A stretch of DNA of 57,104 bases, counting the filler, from Squatina squatina (Eukaryota), in the NCBI GenBank assembly GCA_031763465.1. It is 4 parts of 4 records of this genome, joined end to end, with 100 filler letters (N's around TTAATTAATTAA, not from the genome) between each part and the next. Parts side by side here need not be neighbours in the genome. Positions count along the whole stretch, not along the records: positions 44,648 to 57,104 come from JARFOE010000004.1; 3 more parts are not named here. One strand, given 5' to 3'. Under the pieces are notes generated by a model. It ran no database searches. It saw nothing but the letters and a program-made list of their open reading frames with translations, and was not told the origin of the DNA. A program made the position numbers and the translations under genes. Of this stretch, positions 50,300-57,104 are shown piece by piece (the first letter of the stretch is position 1; every line of letters starts with the position of its first letter).

Positions 50300-53200
50300 T
50301 TAATCTCTTACACCAAATTCCTCTCCTGATAGGTTCAAGCCAACAAGCTTTATACCTACGATCCTTACTCATAACTAGTGGTTCACTGTGGATTTAAAAA
50401 CACAGCATTTGAAAGATGCTGAATCAACTAAACTCCATGGGTACATAACTACCAATTCTATAAATAATACTTGCTACATCAGTTGTTGCATTTTCCCCTT
50501 GCTATGCTGTACACTGCTCTGATTCGAAGCTGTCAGCTATTTTCCAATTTTCCTGCCAAGTGCAAAGAAGGGGAAAAAATGCACACTTTAAACTTCTGTG
50601 GCTGGACTGAGTCTGCATACGTACATGCAGCTTAAGATATGATACCATTCCTAAATAAGATCCGACACACACACTTGCTGGACTCCTGCCTGGGAGACTG
50701 CTTTTCTGTTCTCTACTACAATATTTAATGTTTAAAACTAAAAAAAAACAGCTGTGCACACAGATAATATCCATTGCAGTGGAGTGTTATCAGCCCACAG
50801 CTGCTTCAGCTGTCAGGTAAGGAGAAAAAAAATCACACTCCTCCGCACTCCCATAATCTCTCTGTCACGCTTTCTTTAACCAGTCCAGCTCTTCCCAGGA
50901 GCTTCCTGTCACAACTACAGGGGAAACAGACAAACAAAAAGTTGTGCTTTCCTCAGGGAAAAAATACATTTGGCCCCAGCACATTAAGGGAAAACCCCAG
51001 AATCAAAGGTAAAGTATTTGCTTCCTCCCTCTATTCTTACAAAAACACTGGAATAGAATTAACCACTGGATCATTTACTATTAGGTATACAGCCTACTTA
51101 ATGTAGTTATTTCCATCTTATATTATCTCAGTTTCATATCCTGGACAGAAATATGCTTAAGTTGCATAATTCATGAGACTCTACCTTTTTTATTAACTCT
51201 GATTCAAACTGTATAATGTGCTTACCAGAATATCTCAGGACTTGTGTGTCTAGCTTTATAATTAAATAAAGTAACTCATCTTCAACATTTGGCTTCTTCA
51301 TAATCCATTCCACCTCCATTGCTATAGTTACTCCTTGAAGTTAATTAAGAAAGTTGCAATATTGGAAAAGGCACATGGAGTAACATTTCCTACCCTTTGG
51401 TATTCAGTGTAGATCATGAATTAAAATACCATATTTCTTTTTCAAATAGCATCTGTCTGGAAAAACTTTGCGTTTTCTTCTGGTGTTTCAACATACAGAT
51501 TGCCTGCGATCACCTAAACTCAATATGGCAGAAATATTATTATATATAAAAGAAAGGAAATTTGATGTTTGGACATGTGTAGCTTGCTAGAAAAGGGTCT
51601 TATTTCACTTTCTGACAAGTGCAGTGTTGTGGTTATCAGGATTTCCCAGGGGACAGTCTAACTTTAAAAAAATCAATATCGACTCTTGACACATTTTCAT
51701 TTACATCAGCGTGTGGCTTTCAATCTGAGTACAAATCAATACAGGGCTTTTAACACTTCTCTACCAGCCTGTTCCCTATAAAATGGGAGGAACTTAACCT
51801 CTGTTGGATTTTGTTTTATTACATATCGGGGATTTTGACTTCCTTGAGATTAACACCAATCTCTGATGACAAAGATTTGAGTAGAAGGGCTGCACAGTAT
51901 ACAGTTGAGTTCAAAATTAGTTGCAATTTTAGGATACACAATACAATGTTGTGGAATGCAATGGCGGGGGAAGAGTTCAGGTTGCAAAATCCTGGGTTTG
52001 TAAGTTAGCAGAATGAAAAAAAAACGACATGAAGATCATGAAGTAATGTTGATTGACATTAAGTAACTGTGCACGCTGTCATATTGGTTTAAACTTAAAA
52101 GGTTTTGTTTAGACAGTTTAATGGTGGTACTTCTGCTGAGAGAAATGCTGTTGCCGTCTAAGGGATATATTAATATTTCATAGGACGAGAGAAATCTGTA
52201 AAGCGAATTAACAGTATCTTTTGCACCATATAACTTTTTAAAGCCAGTTAGCGTACATTCTGTAGGACATTATTGCGCTGACTTATTGGATTCTTTAAGC
52301 TGTTATATGTTACATTCAGGTTTCTTATAGTAAATTATGAAAACTTGAATACCATATTGTAAAAGCTCNNNNNNNNNNNNNNNNNNNNNNNNNNNNNNNN
52401 NNNNNNNNNNNNNNNNNNNNNNNNNNNNNNNNNNNNNNNNNNNNNNNNNNNNNNNNNNNNNNNNNNNNGAGTAAATTCCCACCACTGTCTTACAATGCTG
52501 CTCTTCTAATTGCTAAATTTATATGATAAAGCTATGAGGCTTTCAAAGCAAATACAGGAACAGTTCCATAAAATTGCTGACTTTGAAAATGGCTGTAGGT
52601 ATTTTTGTAAATTTTTACTTATTAAAAAGTCACATGACACTCACCCTGAAGACATTTCACGTGCACTGCACGACAACCTCTGCAACTGATGTATCTATTT
52701 CAAGAGAAATCTCACATCTCCGAGAACCTCTTGAACCATGCCCAAGAGCTTAACAACAAATAGCAATGGCATTCCCAATAGGTTTACCACCCAGCCAGTT
52801 GTTTTTGAATCAGCTGTCTAGAATCTTCTAGAATGTAAATGTCACACCAAATATTATTATTATTTTAAAAAAATATAAATGTTTATTTTTCATTTGTTCC
52901 TGTGTCTTATGATGTGGAGACATTAATGATTAAGGTAATAAAGTTTTCAATGATTTTCCATCATCAGAAAAATGAACCTCAGGATTCAAGTTATGACCCT
53001 GCCCCCTGTCTGGTTTCAGAACTGACAAAAGGTGTCAATCTTCAGCCCACAATGTACACGTGCTCTCCTTTTCAAGCATCGTTTCTTCAGCAGTATATTC
53101 ATCAGCACTATTCGTAGTTTATTTCCTTATAAATCGTGATTAATTCTCAATAAGAAATTGGCTTGCATGCAGAATCAATACATTGCTTGACTGGAGATAA

Positions 53201-53847
53201 ATGGACAATAGTGTGATCAGCACTAATCTTAATACACTATCTGCCTTAAGTTGTATTAATAAAACAACTTCAGCATGTACAATCGATTCGTTTTTAAGTT
53301 TAAACACCTAAGTCTGCAAATTTCAGAGTTAGTGCGGCACTCTAGCAGCAGAAGACCTTGACAAGCAGCAAAATCAAATACTTAATGGACCCAATACTGT
53401 CCATTCTTACAGAACATACTGGCCATTAGGAGATAGGCCTGTTGGAATACTATGTACAAGATGAATTTTCTCACGTTTAAGTGCTTTTTAATGCAAGCGT
53501 TGGTGTAACAACAATGCTGTAAGAATCGATTAAGCGGCAAAAACACACAAAGGTGCTGTTTGAATAATTTATGGTAACATCACTTGGGTGGAGTCCCAGA
53601 TCTTGAAATAAAACATTAACGCTGTTTACTGCAGAGCCACCCACATACTATAAATTATTAAACTCTGATTACAGTTTACATCTGACAATTGATTCTGAAT
53701 AAAATGTATATAGTTACAATTCTAAAAACGTAAGGCATTTACAATTAGAATGGAATCTATTTTAATGTAAAGTTACAGAAACAATTTTTACTTCCAAAAA
53801 TATACAGCAAAAAGATATGTGATTGTGATAATCAGATTAAATCATTT

Positions 53848-54750
53848 ACAGAAAATGCTGGAAATACTCAGCAGGTCAGGCAGCATCTGTGGAGAGAGAA
53901 ACAGAGTTAACAGGCCTGAATTGTGATCTCCCCAGGTGGGAACGATGTTCTCACGCACCCGGGGAGACATCGCAAATGCTGGTTCTCAGGCTCCAATACG
54001 CAAGCCCGCAGAACCGGCATTTGTGATCTCTCAAGATTTTTCTTGACAGATCCAAAGCTTAGACTGCAAAACAGATTTCCAACACTGAGATTTGCGAGAT
54101 TTTCTCAATGCTAGCACTGGAAATCTGGAAATGTTTTTTATGCATGGTAAAACCTAGCGTATATGCTTTGTTTTACCAGCGTAAGAGTTGTTAAAAAGCT
54201 TTATATCAAAAAAATGAATGGTACATTACTTTAAAACCATTCCCAATAAGGTAAGTATGTTTTTAAACATTTTAAAAGATTTTTTTTAAATTTCCCCCCA
54301 AATGTTTTTGTCTTACTTATCTCCTTTTTATTACATTTTAATGTTAGAATAGTTTTAAAAATGCTTTGGGATGTGTTTCTGTTGTTTTTCTTCTTTCGTT
54401 CAAGTTTTGACAGTTCTGTGAGAACTGTCAAAAGCTTGAATGAAAGATACTTCTACCTGATTGATTGGGGCTTCCCATGTGACCTCTCCAGTCTCTGCGC
54501 TGGACTTCCCTGGGAATCTACAGAGCCCCGCACCGAATCTCCAACTCGGGGGTGCTGAAACTCGCAAGATCGGGTGGATCGAGGACTGTCAGGTAAGTAC
54601 GTAAACATTTTTGCGATTGGAGGCCGCCGCACGCAGGAAGCCTCCGATCGCAATTTCAGGTCCAACTCTGTTTATCGCTCCACAGATGCTGCCTGATCTC
54701 CTGAGTATTTCCAACATTTTTTGTTTTTATTTCAGATTTCCAGCATCTGT
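53848..54750. mobile_element. Palindromic repeat (arms 53848-53911 and 54664-54750) with a nested ~750-bp MITE (53912-54663)
   Basis: Outer arms gaaaatgctggaaatactcagcaggtcaggcagcatctgtggagagagaaacagagtt / aactctgtttatcgctccacagatgctgcctgatctcctgagtatttccaacatttt; inner TIRs aggcctgaattgtgatc / gatcgcaatttcaggtcc. Confidence 0.8.
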
Positions 54751-57104
54751 AGTAGAATCATAGGGTGGCCAATTCGTGGTAAAACTTCTAGCGTGAAACT
54801 GGCGTTANNNNNNNNNNNNNNNNNNNNNNNNNNNNNNNNNNNNNNNNNNNNNNNNNNNNNNNNNNNNNNNNNNNNNNNNNNNNNNNNNNNNNNNNNNNNN
54901 NNNNNNNTCAATGGCTTTGTCTTACTGCAATGGACTGCTTTGAACGCTCAGGATCCTACAGAAACATCCAGAGCTTCTTTGCATTTATGACCAGAATTGC
55001 ACTTCTCTTATCCGTTCATTAGTTAGGGCTGTTTTTGTTGCATAATAGAACATGTGTAGCCCAGAATAATATTTTGAAGCAATATTTTATTTCAGTTTAT
55101 TTCTTCCACTGTGATGAATATAGACTGTGCCAGAAAAAGAGACCCTGTATAATTCCAAAACATCGTTAGGAAACAAAGCCTCTTTAATTCTTCATTTATA
55201 TTCCATTGTAACACATTTACAAGACATCCGATTCACAGTTGAAAATGCATGTTTGCAATTCGTTATGCTTTTCAACAAGTCATTTTTAATGACAGTAAAT
55301 AATGAGTACAATTGTAAACCACGTAACCACTAGTTGACAAATTTAAAACATAGATAAAACCTAAAATTGACAGCCAATGGTGAGCTAATTGGTTTTACAA
55401 CCAATTTGCTAGTGACAAAGAAACTGAACTTGGTTTGTTATTGTCCATGTAGATCATTTTGAGAACATGCAAGTATTTGCATTTGCACAGAATATATAAG
55501 GCAATTAATTGCACTCCCAACCCTGCAATTTTTTTTTGGAAGCTGGCTTTCCACTTCAGCCGCCCTAGAGTCAGTTCACACTGCTATAGGCGGCTAGTGC
55601 CTAGAGAAGCTATTTTACTGCCCATCACCAGGCATATAGCCCAGCCCAGGAATCCTACCTGTGGAATTGTCACATTTAAAANNNNNNNNNNNNNNNNNNN
55701 NNNNNNNNNNNNNNNNNNNNNNNNNNNNNNNNNNNNNNNNNNNNNNNNNNNNNNNNNNNNNNNNNNNNNNNNNNNNNNNNNACAGACTCTATGGTGCAAA
55801 GGCAAAAAGCAAGACCATAGGCCTGAAGTAAGTGAGCACTGCACGCTGTAAAATAAAGTTAATGGACTGACAACATAAATTATCACCGAAGTCTGATAGT
55901 CTGCAAGCTTTATACTAAATAGCTGGTTAGTGCAATAAAAGCTTCTATCTTGTCTAAGAAGCACAAATCCATGGAGGCTCATAGTGAAGTCGTTATGTGG
56001 CAAACCATAAAACCTTTAAAGCCCAGATTCAGTGTGCAGTATTAAAGTCTGTTTTGCATTCCACTCATGGTAATAGCTCTGAAAAAAAGAGAGAAATCTA
56101 AATTGATGTGTCTGGTAATCGAAGCACAGCAGAGGGATTATTCAAACTTATTCACTAGATACTTTATTACACCCGGGACATAAAACAAATACCAATCTGC
56201 TTTAGGCCAATTACTAGGGAACCATACATCACTTTGTCTTCATTTGGTCACAAAACCCTGCCATTTTAAAAGTAGATAGCAACAGTATCTGCACCTGAAG
56301 CACTTTGTCGGCTACANNNNNNNNNNNNNNNNNNNNNNNNNNNNNNNNNNNNNNNNNNNNNNNNNNNNNNNNNNNNNNNNNNNNNNNNNNNNNNNNNNNN
56401 NNNNNNNNNNNNNNNNNNNNNNNNNNNNNNNNNNNNNNNNNNNNNNNGTAGAGGCTCTGGCTGGACATTTGGGAATAAATTCTACAAATTAGCCTATAAA
56501 TTCCAAAAATATGCTTTTCCAATACATTTGCAATTGCTGAGTCACCTTACACCTTGCGAAATGTTACTCTTTTGAACTAAATCCTGCATTAAGACTTATA
56601 TTTTAAAATGTTAATTAAAACTGGGTTTGGATGTTAACCTCATTTCAAATGTTTGGTCCACAACTAATTTTAGAAAAGCATTTTGATCCTTAGGACAGCA
56701 CACTGAATGCTTTCTTTTTATCTCTGACAAAGCTTTTATGTCTCATATCTAGGAAAGCTTCTTATTCTGCACGAATGAAGACAAGAGACTTATAGGCTGC
56801 CACTGAAGCTGCACAGAAGTAGATCAATATTCCTTAAGATGGTGACCATGATAAGACAGAAGCCAAGCCTGGTAGATAAAGTGGAATGCCTTCAATGAAA
56901 CAGATTAATAATCCATTTTGAACATTTCCTTATTTCTACCTAGAAGATCAATTAAATGAAAGATACAGGCAAATCCTCATAAACACAACCAGCGAGACAA
57001 GGGTTTCATGTTTGAATCAGGATTTCTATTAAATCCAGATAAGATGAATCAATTTACACATCTTCATATTGCAGCCTGATTCATAGATGATCAATCAAAC
57101 TAAG

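Overview
Gappy, low-GC vertebrate genomic scaffold, most likely from a cartilaginous fish (inferred from its CR1/L2/RTE LINEs, SINEs and palindromic/MITE repeats). It consists of roughly 1-2 kb contigs separated by N runs. Three 100-nt spacers carry the synthetic six-frame-stop linker TTAATTAATTAA (13481, 28204, 44592), so the window is four concatenated, probably unlinked segments. (A) 1-13436: minus-strand FNIP2 exons upstream of RAPGEF2 exon 2. (B) 13537-28159: plus-strand CDX4 last exon, a CHIC1 exon and three exons of a FIP1L1 paralogue (FIP1L2), i.e. the ancestral protein-coding neighbourhood that became the eutherian X-inactivation centre. (C) 28260-44547: a BHMT exon followed by five JMY exon pieces. 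(D) 44648-57104: no confidently recognisable gene. All genes are partial because exons fall in gaps. Gene identities come from remembered protein sequences, not from a search. I found no prokaryote-type system or clearly novel machinery. The best leads are the intact proto-XIC block, a probable GC-AG intron in FNIP2, a contig with identical 77-bp ends around a JMY exon, and a SPIN/Buster-like hAT element.
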